A stretch of DNA of 64,000 bases from a virus, in the IMG/VR virus record IMGVR_UViG_3300046457_000175, positions 32,001-96,000 of that record, one strand, 5' to 3'. Below the pieces are notes generated by a model. The model was not told where the DNA came from. It did not search any database and worked only from the letters and a program-made list of their open reading frames with translations. Positions 48,396 through 57,052 of the stretch are shown in pieces. Within the stretch, counting starts at the first letter, position 1; each line of letters begins with the position of its first letter. The position numbers and the translations under genes were made by a program.

Positions 48396-48623
48396 TCATG
48401 CAAAGCCAAAGGCACGACGAACGGTGACGTCGAGCGGCATGGTTGCCCTCATACGGGAGCCGGTGATGACGGCGTCCTCGAGGTCGTCGGTGTAGTAGGC
48501 ACTCGGCTCGGCTGCGGCGTAGCCAAGCTCGGCGTATGAGACGCGGAACTCGCGGTCTTTGCGGCTGATCCGCATTGCGGACATGGCCAGGCGCTGACGA
48601 GCCTCGGTGAGGGTGATCGACAT
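48396..48623 (-). CDS. hypothetical protein
   Basis: 75 aa; YYTDDLEDA motif. Confidence 0.65.
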   Translation of the reverse strand: MSITLTEARQRLAMSAMRISRKDREFRVSYAELGYAAAEPSAYYTDDLEDAVITGSRMRATMPLDVTVRRAFGFA

Positions 48624-48650
48624 GGTGGTTCTCGCGATGTGGGGTGTGGG

Positions 48651-49196
48651 TTACTTGGGCAGATGGCGGAGGCGATCGGGGCGATCGATCAGGCCGGACC
48701 CGCCGACGCGGATGCGCTTACTGAACTGATTGACCTCGATGGCGCCCACGGCTCGGCCATGGGCATCCTCGATCGTGTAGGTCTTGGTGGTGCGGTACTC
48801 GGGCAGCTCGCAGTCGTCGCTGACTGCGTAGGGGTCGCGTCCCTTGCGCTTCTTCGGCGCCTCACGGCGGATGCGGGAGGGTGGCGCGGGGTCGTAGATC
48901 GACTTCGGCTCATAGTGGCCGGTCTTGCCCAGCGGGTCCGGGGTCTCGTTGTGGTCGTCCATGGCCTCGAAGCGCTTGAACTGGGCGTACTCGGCTTTGT
49001 CGCGGAGGTCAGAGACAGACAGGCGCTCATGCATGGCCGGCACCTTGGGCACTGGGGCGAAGTTGCCAGCCAGCCAGCTGTCGGCGCTCTCACGCTTGGC
49101 GTCGTAGTCGTTCTGCCGGATCTCGCGGAGGACCCGGCGCTCGGCCTCGGTCATGATTTGGCGCGCAGTTGGGCGTTCGATGAAGCGCTTGGCCAT
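48651..49196 (-). CDS. hypothetical protein
   Basis: GAGAG RBS, open 181 codons. Confidence 0.65.
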   Translation of the reverse strand: MAKRFIERPTARQIMTEAERRVLREIRQNDYDAKRESADSWLAGNFAPVPKVPAMHERLSVSDLRDKAEYAQFKRFEAMDDHNETPDPLGKTGHYEPKSIYDPAPPSRIRREAPKKRKGRDPYAVSDDCELPEYRTTKTYTIEDAHGRAVGAIEVNQFSKRIRVGGSGLIDRPDRLRHLPK

Positions 49197-49379
49197 CGCA
49201 AAATCTCTCAAGATAGGGGTGGGGGTGTTTTGCCCTGAGGGCGAAGGTCGGATTTTGTCGAGGCGCGCTCACGTCCGGGCGCCCGGAGAAAAGCCGAAAA
49301 AAAGCCAGCCGAAAGGCCCCCCGGGGATTACCCGGGAGGTCTCAGGCCGTTGGGTGGTTGAGGGGTAGGCGAGAGGGGC

Positions 49380-50174
49380 TTACGCCGCCTCCGCCATTTC
49401 CTCCAGTTCCGCCGGGATCAGGGTGGCAGCTTCCGCCGTGGTTTCGCCGAATGCTTCATCGACGTCCGCCGCGACGCTTGCCCGCTCGAGTCGCACGCCT
49501 TCCAGCTTGGCGATCAAGAGAGTGAGTTCCGCATCGGTCAAGTCCATGGCCTTTTTGACCATGCCGTCAACCACGTCCGCCTTTTCCTTTTCGGTCGCGG
49601 GCTTGGAAAGCCGCTGTGTCAGCTTGGCGAACGAGTCGCCATAGGTGGCCTTCACAAATTCGCGGAAGTGTTCCGCTTGTGCCTGCCCGTCCGCGCCGCT
49701 GGCCTTCAATGCCAGAATGTCGCGGATTGCACCGGCATGATTGGTGCAGACGTCCGACATGAGGCGGAAGGACCATGTCCGGAGCTTGGCCAGCCCGTCG
49801 ACGAGTCGCGCCTTGTCGGGCTTGGCAAAGTCCGCGTTGGCAGTTTTGCCGCCGTCGACATAGTCCGAAATGGCCTTTTCGCGGTCCTTGCCCTTTTGCG
49901 CCATGCAGCGTCCAAGGATATCATCCGAGTCGCGCCACACAGTGTTGCCCTTGACGGCATACTTTTTCAGGAAGTGGCGGAAGGTGGCCTTATTCGCCTT
50001 TTCCGTAATTTCCTTGTCGGTTTCGGCGCGCTCGACTTGGCGGTTTGCCATGACGAGTCCAAGGGCAACGGTCGCGGTGAAAGCCGCGCTATCGTCCTCT
50101 TTAACCGCCTTGATCGCGGCGGAAAGGGCAATTTCGCCCAGTGTCTTTGCCGTGGTTGCAGTTGCGGTAGTCAT
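49380..50174 (-). CDS. Ala/Lys-rich hypothetical protein, first gene after the long non-coding region
   Basis: 264 aa, AAAGGAA RBS. Confidence 0.75.
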   Translation of the reverse strand: MTTATATTAKTLGEIALSAAIKAVKEDDSAAFTATVALGLVMANRQVERAETDKEITEKANKATFRHFLKKYAVKGNTVWRDSDDILGRCMAQKGKDREKAISDYVDGGKTANADFAKPDKARLVDGLAKLRTWSFRLMSDVCTNHAGAIRDILALKASGADGQAQAEHFREFVKATYGDSFAKLTQRLSKPATEKEKADVVDGMVKKAMDLTDAELTLLIAKLEGVRLERASVAADVDEAFGETTAEAATLIPAELEEMAEAA

Positions 50175-51067
50175 TTGGTCGGTTCCTTTTCAGTTTTCCG
50201 GAGGCCCGGAGGTTTTTGGAGATTTGAACACGGCTCTCCCGTGCTCTGGGAACACTTGGTTCCAGAGACTTCACGAGTCAGAAGACTCGCGCGTGAGAAG
50301 AGAGCAGTTCCAAAACCTCCGTTTGCATTTCCAGTACCCACAACATACTCAATACAAACATCGTTGGGTGAGAAATAAATTCATCAATGATTTCAATAAC
50401 TTACATACATCGAAAATCCGAAATCAAAATCGAGGCCTTGGAAATCGAGCACGAAAAACGCTGTGTTTTCAATGGCTTAGCAGGAATGCAAACGAGTCTG
50501 TCTTCGGCCTTCCCGAAATGATGCAGGAAAATCCGAAGTCTCCTAGCGAATCACCTTGTCAAGCCCTTGTTTCACTCTCTGTTCTCATCCTTTAGTCTAA
50601 GACAATCATTCATCAAGCGGAGAATTTTCTTCCTTTGTTTCCAAAAAAAGAGAATAATTTTTTATTGCATAGGCCCCCCATGTCGGCTGACCCCTCAAAA
50701 CTTCGAACCGCTAAAAGGGCCTTTTCCCAACGAGGGCAGGGACATGGGGCGAAACCCCTCGGCATCAGGGAGGCACAGGGGCTGTGTGCGTTAAAACGGG
50801 CGGCCCGTGCATCGGGAGCCTGGACTGGCAGGCCGCTCCTGGGGCTTCCCTGGCCGTTTGCATCGGGGAGGGCTGTCCGCAAAACGTATACAAACTCGGG
50901 ACAGGCCTGGCGTAAGAGATCCGGCGCAGATTTCTTACAGGGGGTGGCCTCGGAAATCGGGCGGCCCTGTTTTGGGGCCCCACCTGCGCGCCGCATAATG
51001 CAAAAGGGTAATTGCAGCGAGCGCTCCGCGCTGGTAGTGCAAACGCCAACCGTGCCGGGAGGGACAA

Positions 51068-51292
51068 TTGGACAAACGCTACATCGTGCTGGCCGCCGTG
51101 CTGGCGGCATTCGGGGCCACCTATCTGCTCTTCACGACGATGAACCCGCCCGACCTCGCCACACGAGCTGAGCAGGCCTGCCGCAAGGAGTACGGCAACA
51201 GCCCAGGCGTTGGATCATGCACGGTCGACCTCATCATGCGCGGGTCGAACGATCGAGAGCGGACCAACAACGCCTATCGGAACATGCGCTGA
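51068..51292 (+). CDS. membrane-anchored small protein
   Basis: TTG start, GGGAGG RBS, N-terminal TM, two Cys. Confidence 0.65.
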   Translation: MDKRYIVLAAVLAAFGATYLLFTTMNPPDLATRAEQACRKEYGNSPGVGSCTVDLIMRGSNDRERTNNAYRNMR

Positions 51293-51455
51293 CGGCGCCC
51301 GTGGGTAGCGAGGGCTCCGCCCTGATCTACAGACAGACCATGTGGCCCCTGGCGGCCCGCCCATGGATCAACCGGTCGCATACGACCACTTCAACGGAGC
51401 AGCAGGTCACATATGACCAGATGCCCGGGTCAGATGCAGGCGTGGGTAGCGAGCG

Positions 51456-51707
51456 CTACGCGCTGACCGGCACGACTATCCGGATCGGCATCGTCGCCGC
51501 GGCGATCGTCGCGAGCTGGCGGATGATGTGGCGGACCTCGTCGTGCATCGGGCGGACCGCCACGTTGAAGTCGCGCCAGATCCGGGCCGCCTCGTCCTGG
51601 TCACGGGACCGGTCCATGGCTCGGCGCATCTTGATCTCCTCGGCCGCGATCCGGGTGCGGAGGAGGTGGAGCAGCTCACGAGCTGCCGGTGGGGTCTCGA
51701 AAGTCAT
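51456..51707 (-). CDS. hypothetical protein
   Basis: GGAG in the hairpin motif serves as RBS. Confidence 0.6.
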   Translation of the reverse strand: MTFETPPAARELLHLLRTRIAAEEIKMRRAMDRSRDQDEAARIWRDFNVAVRPMHDEVRHIIRQLATIAAATMPIRIVVPVSA

Positions 51708-51732
51708 GGCCGGCGAGCGCTCCGCGCTAGAC

Positions 51733-52035
51733 TCATAGATTGCCACCGCAGTGTCGGCACTGGCGGTGCTCGACCGGCATGAAGGCGTCCTTGATCGGAT
51801 GATCCGGGTCCTCGTACAGACCGCCGCTGACGACGCTGATGTTGGTGTCGACGTCTGGGTGCCGCCAGTCCTTGCGGGCCGTGTGCGCGTAGCGGGCGCC
51901 CGGGAAGATGGGCTCTCCCTTCGGGGCCGGCTGCTCCGCGGTGCAGACCGGCTTCTTCGCTTCGATGTCGCGGAGGATCTGCTCGGCCGTGCTGCCGGCG
52001 ACGCCTCTGTTGCATAGCAGGACGTGTCGCTTCAT
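51733..52035 (-). CDS. hypothetical Cys-containing protein
   Basis: CRHC C-terminus, GAGGAG RBS. Confidence 0.6.
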   Translation of the reverse strand: MKRHVLLCNRGVAGSTAEQILRDIEAKKPVCTAEQPAPKGEPIFPGARYAHTARKDWRHPDVDTNISVVSGGLYEDPDHPIKDAFMPVEHRQCRHCGGNL

Positions 52036-52280
52036 TGGCCTTCTCCTCGGCTCGGGCGGCGCAGGCGGCCGGGCTCGTTGAGCCGCAGCTTCAGCACCAG
52101 CTCGCGCACGCGGTCTTCCTTCGCCACCCGTTCCTTGGCCGCCTGATGGCGCTCAGCCTGGCGCTCGCGGATCTTCCGCAGGGTTTCCTGCAGCTGGGCC
52201 GCCTCGGCCTCACTGACCTGGCGCGGGCCGCGGCTTTCCCACAGTGGTCCCTCGAAGGGGATATAGTCGTCATCGTCCAT
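52032..52280 (-). CDS. hypothetical protein
   Basis: coupled ORF. Confidence 0.55.
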   Translation of the reverse strand: MDDDDYIPFEGPLWESRGPRQVSEAEAAQLQETLRKIRERQAERHQAAKERVAKEDRVRELVLKLRLNEPGRLRRPSRGEGQ

Positions 52281-52397
52281 GGGTAGCGAGCGCTCCGCGC
52301 TAGAGAAGAACACACAGGACCGCGGCCACGATCCAGATCAAGCCGATCGGGTACACTGTCACCCGGATGGTGCGCGGGCCTACGCGCTTGACACTGA

Positions 52398-52670
52398 TCA
52401 CAGCCGCACCACGATCAGGTCGTCGACCGAGAAGCCGTCCGTCCAGCCGTGCCGATTGACGATCTCGTCGTCGCTGGCGATGCCGACGTTGATCTCGTGG
52501 CCGCTGCCGTCCTGGTATTCCCAGACCATGGACACGACGACGTACTCGGCGGGCCACTCCGCGGCATACTGGGCGGCCGGCGACACGGTCACGCGGCTGC
52601 CGACACGGATCGGGGCGACCTCGATCATCTGGCGCATCAGGATTTCGTGGCGGGGCAGGGCGGCGTTCAT
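52398..52670 (-). CDS. hypothetical protein
   Basis: GAGAG RBS. Confidence 0.6.
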   Translation of the reverse strand: MNAALPRHEILMRQMIEVAPIRVGSRVTVSPAAQYAAEWPAEYVVVSMVWEYQDGSGHEINVGIASDDEIVNRHGWTDGFSVDDLIVVRL

Positions 52671-52799
52671 CAGGTCACTCTCCGGAGAAATACCAGTCGG
52701 CCGCCTTGCGGAGGAGGCCAGTGTTGTTGGCGATGACGAGGCTGCCGATCAGCGCCAGCGCCACGACGATGCCGGTGAAGGCAGCGGTCCTGATCGCCA

Positions 52800-53120
52800 T
52801 CACGGCAGCTCCGTGGGCCGCTTGGTCAGCAGGCCTTGTCGGATCCGCCACCACAGGCCGGCCCCGCTCTCGCATTCCGAGACTGGCGGCACTGCATCGA
52901 GGCCGTGCTTGCGCTGAAGCAGCTTGCCGGTGTCGTGATCGCCGTCCCGCCAGGTGGCTCCCTGGCTCAGCCGGTGAAGCACGAAGGGCCGCGCCAGCTC
53001 GGGAGCATCCCTGAGGGCCGCCATGAGTCCGAACTGGAACTCGAGAGCGTCGACCAGCTCGCGGCGCAGCTCCGCGATCGAGAGCCGGTTGATGTAGGAC
53101 TCGTCGACGAGGTCGCTCAC
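52800..53120 (-). CDS. hypothetical protein
   Basis: GTGA coupling. Confidence 0.6.
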   Translation of the reverse strand: MSDLVDESYINRLSIAELRRELVDALEFQFGLMAALRDAPELARPFVLHRLSQGATWRDGDHDTGKLLQRKHGLDAVPPVSECESGAGLWWRIRQGLLTKRPTELP

Positions 53121-53467
53121 ATGTGGTCTCCCAGGTTACGCTTGAACTCGCGCAGGAAGGCGTTCGCCTCGTTGAGATCGGCCGGCAGGTCGGTCGCCCA
53201 CGACACCGAGACTCGAGCGATCGGCGTCGGGATCATGCGGAAGAGCCAGAGGAACTGGCGGCGGCTCTGGAACGGACGGAAGGTCCGGCCACGGATCTTG
53301 CGCTGCTCACCGGGGAGGGGATGTCGCCACTGGCGGCTGCTGAGTTGGGCGCCGAAGCCACCGATCCAGGTGTAGAGCCGGCCGCTCAGCCAGTAGAACC
53401 GGTCGTCGAAGTAGGGCGACGCGAGTCCGTGGCCGTTGCCGAAGATCAGATGGTCGAGGAAAAGCAT
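53117..53467 (-). CDS. hypothetical Trp/Arg-rich protein
   Basis: first ORF left of the box at 53478. Confidence 0.6.
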   Translation of the reverse strand: MLFLDHLIFGNGHGLASPYFDDRFYWLSGRLYTWIGGFGAQLSSRQWRHPLPGEQRKIRGRTFRPFQSRRQFLWLFRMIPTPIARVSVSWATDLPADLNEANAFLREFKRNLGDHM

Positions 53468-53560
53468 CCGGCTTGACTAGCACGAATGCAAATGCGATGC
53501 AAATATTCGCGGGGCCGGCGGGCGCTTCGCGCCAGAGTCATAACCAAACCGCCCGCGGCG

Positions 53561-53833
53561 TCACCCGTCGCGGAGGTTCATCGCTTTGTAGGCCTTGAGC
53601 AGCTGGTCCGGAGGCGTCCTGGCTTTCAGGGCTTCCCAGGCCGTCTTGAAGTCGACCTTCGCCTGGTCGAGGCTGCCGGCCGTGCCGATGGGGAGACCTC
53701 CGGTGAGGTGGACGATGACGTTCCAGATCCAGATCCCGGGCGTGCGCTCGCTAGCGTATCTGATCCGGCCGACCATCTGCTTGTCGTCGAGCACGGAATA
53801 GTCGCGGCGTCCGATCGGTCGCAGGCTGAGCAC
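53561..53833 (-). CDS. Bradyrhizobium-type small hypothetical protein
   Basis: GRIRYASERTPGIWIWNV...AKVDFKTAW, a pattern I associate with Bradyrhizobiaceae hypotheticals (recall, not searched). Confidence 0.65.
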   Translation of the reverse strand: MLSLRPIGRRDYSVLDDKQMVGRIRYASERTPGIWIWNVIVHLTGGLPIGTAGSLDQAKVDFKTAWEALKARTPPDQLLKAYKAMNLRDG

Positions 53834-53850
53834 GAAATCGGCCTCGTGAG

Positions 53851-53974
53851 GGGGGTGTCAACCAGGATGACAGGGGGGGTGTAATCCTGGTTGACAGGGG
53901 TGTCATCCGAGTTGACAGGGGTGTCATCCGAGTTGACACCTTAAACCACCACTATAACCACCACTTGAACCACC
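53851..53974. repeat. second iteron array homologous to the one in the initiator gene
   Basis: four GTGTCA-N7-TGACA(G/C) units at 53855, 53879, 53900, 53921 followed by CTTAAACCACCACTATAACCACCACTTGAACC. Confidence 0.85.
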
Positions 53975-54370
53975 AACTCTTAGACTCTCGTCCCTTTTCG
54001 GGCCGAGGCGCTGGCTTTTGGCTTCGGCCGCAGGTTCCGGTCAGGAACTCCAGCCGGCAAGTTTCCACAGTTCGGGCGGAAAAGGTGCCCAGGTGTTGAA
54101 ACCGGGAACCCATTTGCATTTTTGCAGGGAACAACCAGAGAGGGGTTGACAGAACGGGGGTACCTACTGTAGGACTTGCTGTAGCGTTAGCATTCGTGCA
54201 AACGTAACCAAGCCCCCAGGATGCGGCCCGGACAATCAGCCGGGACATTGGGCGGTGCCCGGACCCACTAACCCCATGCTGCGACCCCCGCCTCAGGCGG
54301 CGGCGCCCGGCCAGGCGATAGGAGTTCGGCGTGTCCAGGGGCTTGCTTGAATGCAAACGGAGGAACGCGC

Positions 54371-54496
54371 GTGAGCCATGAGCTGATCCAGTATCTCGCC
54401 TATGTGGCCGCGATCGTCCTGACCCCTGCAGTCGGCTTTGCCGTCCTCGGCCTGTTCTGGTGCGTCCGATCCCTGAAGGAGATCGTCTGGCCATGA
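54371..54496 (+). CDS. single-TM microprotein
   Basis: GGAGGA RBS after the box at 54343; hydrophobic core. Confidence 0.6.
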   Translation: MSHELIQYLAYVAAIVLTPAVGFAVLGLFWCVRSLKEIVWP

Positions 54497-54627
54497 CTGC
54501 TGACATCGAATTTCTCGCCGTGCTCAGCAGAGCCATCCTCGCATTGATGATCCTGAGCGGCGGCGCCATCGCAACGATCCTGGTCGTGATCCTCATCCTG
54601 AAGCTCTTTGGGTGCCTCGATGACTGA
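54493..54627 (+). CDS. single-TM microprotein
   Basis: AAGGAG RBS, ATGA coupling. Confidence 0.55.
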   Translation: MTADIEFLAVLSRAILALMILSGGAIATILVVILILKLFGCLDD

Positions 54628-54904
54628 CCGCGCAGACGAAATCATCGCTGCCGCCGAGCAGGCGCTGCGTGAGCGACGCGGGCGCTCCGCGCCAGAGACA
54701 AACCAAACAGCTCCCGACTGGGGCCCGCTGTACCGCTACCTGCAAGGTGTGGTGCTCGGCTGCGTCGCCGGCCTGATCATCGGCTACATCTGCGGCGCCT
54801 TCATCGGACCGGGTCGTGACACCTGCAAGGTGCGCGCCTCCACGGCTCGCATGGCGGTCTGTCTCGATGACTCGATCGCAAAAGCCAAGGGGCTGATGCG
54901 GTGA
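54620..54904 (+). CDS. membrane protein
   Basis: TM VVLGCVAGLIIGYICGAFI. Confidence 0.65.
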   Translation: MTDRADEIIAAAEQALRERRGRSAPETNQTAPDWGPLYRYLQGVVLGCVAGLIIGYICGAFIGPGRDTCKVRASTARMAVCLDDSIAKAKGLMR

Positions 54905-55239
54905 GCGAGAACCCTGGGAAGTGGCGAGACATCGAACAGCACGCTGACAGCATGACGCTCTTCGGCCGCGACTTCACGCTGCTGGTCGACGGCAAGCCGC
55001 TCGACAGCATCCCGACGAAGCTCTTCGTCAACGAGATCGACGTCGTGACCGGCGCGATCACTGAGGTCACCTACACGACCCAGCTCGCGATCGACGAGCC
55101 GATCGAGCCGCTCAGCGAGACAGAGCAGAAGCTCTGCGATTGGTGGGCCAAGCGGATCGAGGAAGATCTGCTCCGCCAGCTCTGCGGCGCGTCCAGTGAA
55201 TACGAACAAAGCCTGCGTGCGGCAGGCGCCAAAGTTTAA
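54901..55239 (+). CDS. hypothetical protein
   Basis: GTGA coupling. Confidence 0.65.
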   Translation: MSENPGKWRDIEQHADSMTLFGRDFTLLVDGKPLDSIPTKLFVNEIDVVTGAITEVTYTTQLAIDEPIEPLSETEQKLCDWWAKRIEEDLLRQLCGASSEYEQSLRAAGAKV

Positions 55240-55291
55240 CCAGAGCCCGTGGTCTGCCCCAGGCAGCACGGCTCACCCTTTCGAGGCCGGA

Positions 55292-55603
55292 ATGTCCAAG
55301 ATCGTGCCCGACCAGCTCGTTGACCTCGCGCTCGAACATCTCGACGACGAAGTCAAGCGCTGGCGGCGCGTGCCTTGGGCTCCGGGATACATCCGCCTGA
55401 TGCGGTGCCCCGACATGCCGGGCCCGGCAGAGATCACCGCTCAAGCGATGGAACAGGAGATCGTCTGCCACGACGTGCCGGCCGCTCTCGCCGACGACAT
55501 GATCGTCCGCTTCGCGATGGAGAAGGCCATTGAGGCCGTCATCGGTGCCATCTCGCTCGCAGTGCCGGCGCCGAAGCCGCGCAAGCGAAAGGCCAAGTCG
55601 TGA
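55292..55603 (+). CDS. hypothetical protein
   Basis: GAGG RBS, coupled to the next ORF. Confidence 0.55.
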   Translation: MSKIVPDQLVDLALEHLDDEVKRWRRVPWAPGYIRLMRCPDMPGPAEITAQAMEQEIVCHDVPAALADDMIVRFAMEKAIEAVIGAISLAVPAPKPRKRKAKS

Positions 55604-55845
55604 TCGAGTTCATCGGGCTCGCCTGCTTCTCGCTCGGCGTCGCCACGCTCTACGCCACATGGCGGCTGTGGCTCGACGAGCCTCGCCAGATCCGTTTCAC
55701 GGACAAGCTGGCAGAGGCTCTGGAAATGCCACGCTACGTCCAGCGGGCGCAGATGTACTGCCGGCTCTACGGCTATCCCGAGAGCGAGTGGGAACGGTTT
55801 CAACACCGCGCCATCGCCGACATCATCATGGAGGCGTACCGCTAA
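55600..55845 (+). CDS. membrane-anchored hypothetical protein
   Basis: N-terminal TM. Confidence 0.6.
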   Translation: MIEFIGLACFSLGVATLYATWRLWLDEPRQIRFTDKLAEALEMPRYVQRAQMYCRLYGYPESEWERFQHRAIADIIMEAYR

Positions 55846-56039
55846 TGGAGCAGCTCTTCAGCGCGGCCCACGCCGCATCGCGGATGTACGCCAGTAGCTG
55901 GCGCCGTGGAAACATCGTCCGCGCCCAGAACCAGCTTCGCAAGAACCTGCAGAGCAAGCGCCTCGTGGACTTCTACCTCGACGAAATCGAGCGCGAAGTC
56001 GACTTCATCATCTTCGAGAAAGACTTCGATGCCGCCTGA
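55845..56039 (+). CDS. hypothetical protein
   Basis: GGAGG RBS, TAATG coupling. Confidence 0.55.
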   Translation: MEQLFSAAHAASRMYASSWRRGNIVRAQNQLRKNLQSKRLVDFYLDEIEREVDFIIFEKDFDAA

Positions 56040-56112
56040 GATCGCCCAAATCCTGATCAGTATCGCGATCTCGATCGCTTTCATGGTCATCGTTGCCGGG
56101 GAGGCCTGAGAC

Positions 56113-56292
56113 ATGCCCAAGAAAATTGCTGAGAAGTCCGCCGCCATCATTACGATCAAGGATGCGCCGGAGATGACCAAGCGCGGCCGGCGCCAGATCG
56201 CCGAGTGGATGCGCAAGCAGGCGGACTTCCTGGAGTTCGAGGGTAAGGCGCTCTCGAAGCGCTTCACCGCCCGGTACCTGTACCGCGACTGA
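56113..56292 (+). CDS. 59-aa basic protein
   Basis: GGAGG RBS, TGATG coupling. Confidence 0.55.
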   Translation: MPKKIAEKSAAIITIKDAPEMTKRGRRQIAEWMRKQADFLEFEGKALSKRFTARYLYRD

Positions 56293-56546
56293 TGGTTACT
56301 GACCCGATCTCAACCAGCCCGAAGGCCATGATCGCCTTCGAGCTGATGAAAATTCTGGACCCGCTCGTCGGTGTTGCTGAGGCCGCATTCTTCATGCAGC
56401 GCAGCAACGACCTCCTCGGCGGCACGACCCCTGTCACGGCAATCAAGGATGGCCGGATCGACGAGGTGCGCCGTGCCGTCCAGGCGGTCGCGATGGAGAA
56501 GGGCGTTTTCGGCGAGCCATGGCTGCCGCCGAAGACCCGACGCTGA
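56292..56546 (+). CDS. MbcA/ParS/Xre (DUF2384)-like antitoxin C-terminal domain
   Basis: FFMQRSNDLLGGTTPVTAIKDGRIDEV matches the W/F..N..LGG.TP...G..EV pattern. Confidence 0.6.
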   Translation: MVTDPISTSPKAMIAFELMKILDPLVGVAEAAFFMQRSNDLLGGTTPVTAIKDGRIDEVRRAVQAVAMEKGVFGEPWLPPKTRR

Positions 56547-56550
56547 AATT

Positions 56551-56626
56551 GCTGGGGTAGCTCAGATGGTAGAGCGCCGGATTTCCAATCCGTTGGTCGT
56601 GGGTTCGAACCCCACCCCTCGCTCCA
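56551..56626 (+). tRNA. tRNA-Gly (anticodon TCC)
   Basis: 76 nt cloverleaf, loop TT-TCC-AA, GGTTCGAA T loop, U73, encoded CCA. Confidence 0.92.
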
Positions 56627-56638
56627 AAGGAACCGAAC

Positions 56639-56920
56639 ATGGGTGAATACGACTACGTCCGCCTTGAGCGGGCAAAGCCGAACGTCATCGTCGCCTACAG
56701 CCGCGACGTCGCGATCCAGTACCGCGAGGCGTTCAACCTCGACGCCAGCCAGTGGGCCTGTCTTGGATATGGCGAGCGTCTTCCAGGCAAGTGGTGGCAG
56801 CGCATCGTGATGATGCGACCGCACTGGGCGCAGTCTGTGTCTGAAGCAATCGACTTCGAGATGCGTGTGGATGACTGGCGATGCGCCACGGTCACCGACA
56901 GCGTCTTCAAGCTCATCTGA
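56639..56920 (+). CDS. hypothetical protein
   Basis: AAGGA RBS, TGATG coupling. Confidence 0.6.
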   Translation: MGEYDYVRLERAKPNVIVAYSRDVAIQYREAFNLDASQWACLGYGERLPGKWWQRIVMMRPHWAQSVSEAIDFEMRVDDWRCATVTDSVFKLI

Positions 56921-57042
56921 TGCTGCGCCTGGCCTGCATCTACATCACGGTCGCACTCGCAGCTGCGACCATCTTCTTCGTCGTCGCCACCGCTTGGTGG
57001 GAACTGACCACATCGCCTCACGGCCTGCCGCCGGGTTGGTAA
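56920..57042 (+). CDS. single-TM microprotein
   Basis: MLRLACIYITVALAAATIFFVVATAWW. Confidence 0.55.
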   Translation: MLRLACIYITVALAAATIFFVVATAWWELTTSPHGLPPGW

Positions 57043-57052
57043 AGGACATCCA

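Larger units (their letters stand above)
51020..54693 (-). repeat. seven dispersed GNA-triloop mini-hairpins
   Basis: RGCGC-GNA-GCGCY on the - strand at 51020, 51311, 51452, 51716, 52289, 53521, 54681. Confidence 0.75.

Noticed and set aside
50540-50565. Leftward sigma70 promoter (TTGACA...GCTAGG)
   Set aside because: Only 9 nt separate the hexamers, which is incompatible with canonical spacing
50985-51015. dif/XerC-like half site (CGCATAA)
   Set aside because: The right half does not resemble a XerD arm
53851-53974. Possible mini-CRISPR array
   Set aside because: Units are ~19 bp with only 2-5 bp between them, so there are no spacers; they match the initiator iterons
54330-54356. TTGC boxes as sigma54 -12 elements
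   Set aside because: No GG at the required 10-nt distance in the copies checked (14717, 35461, 54343)
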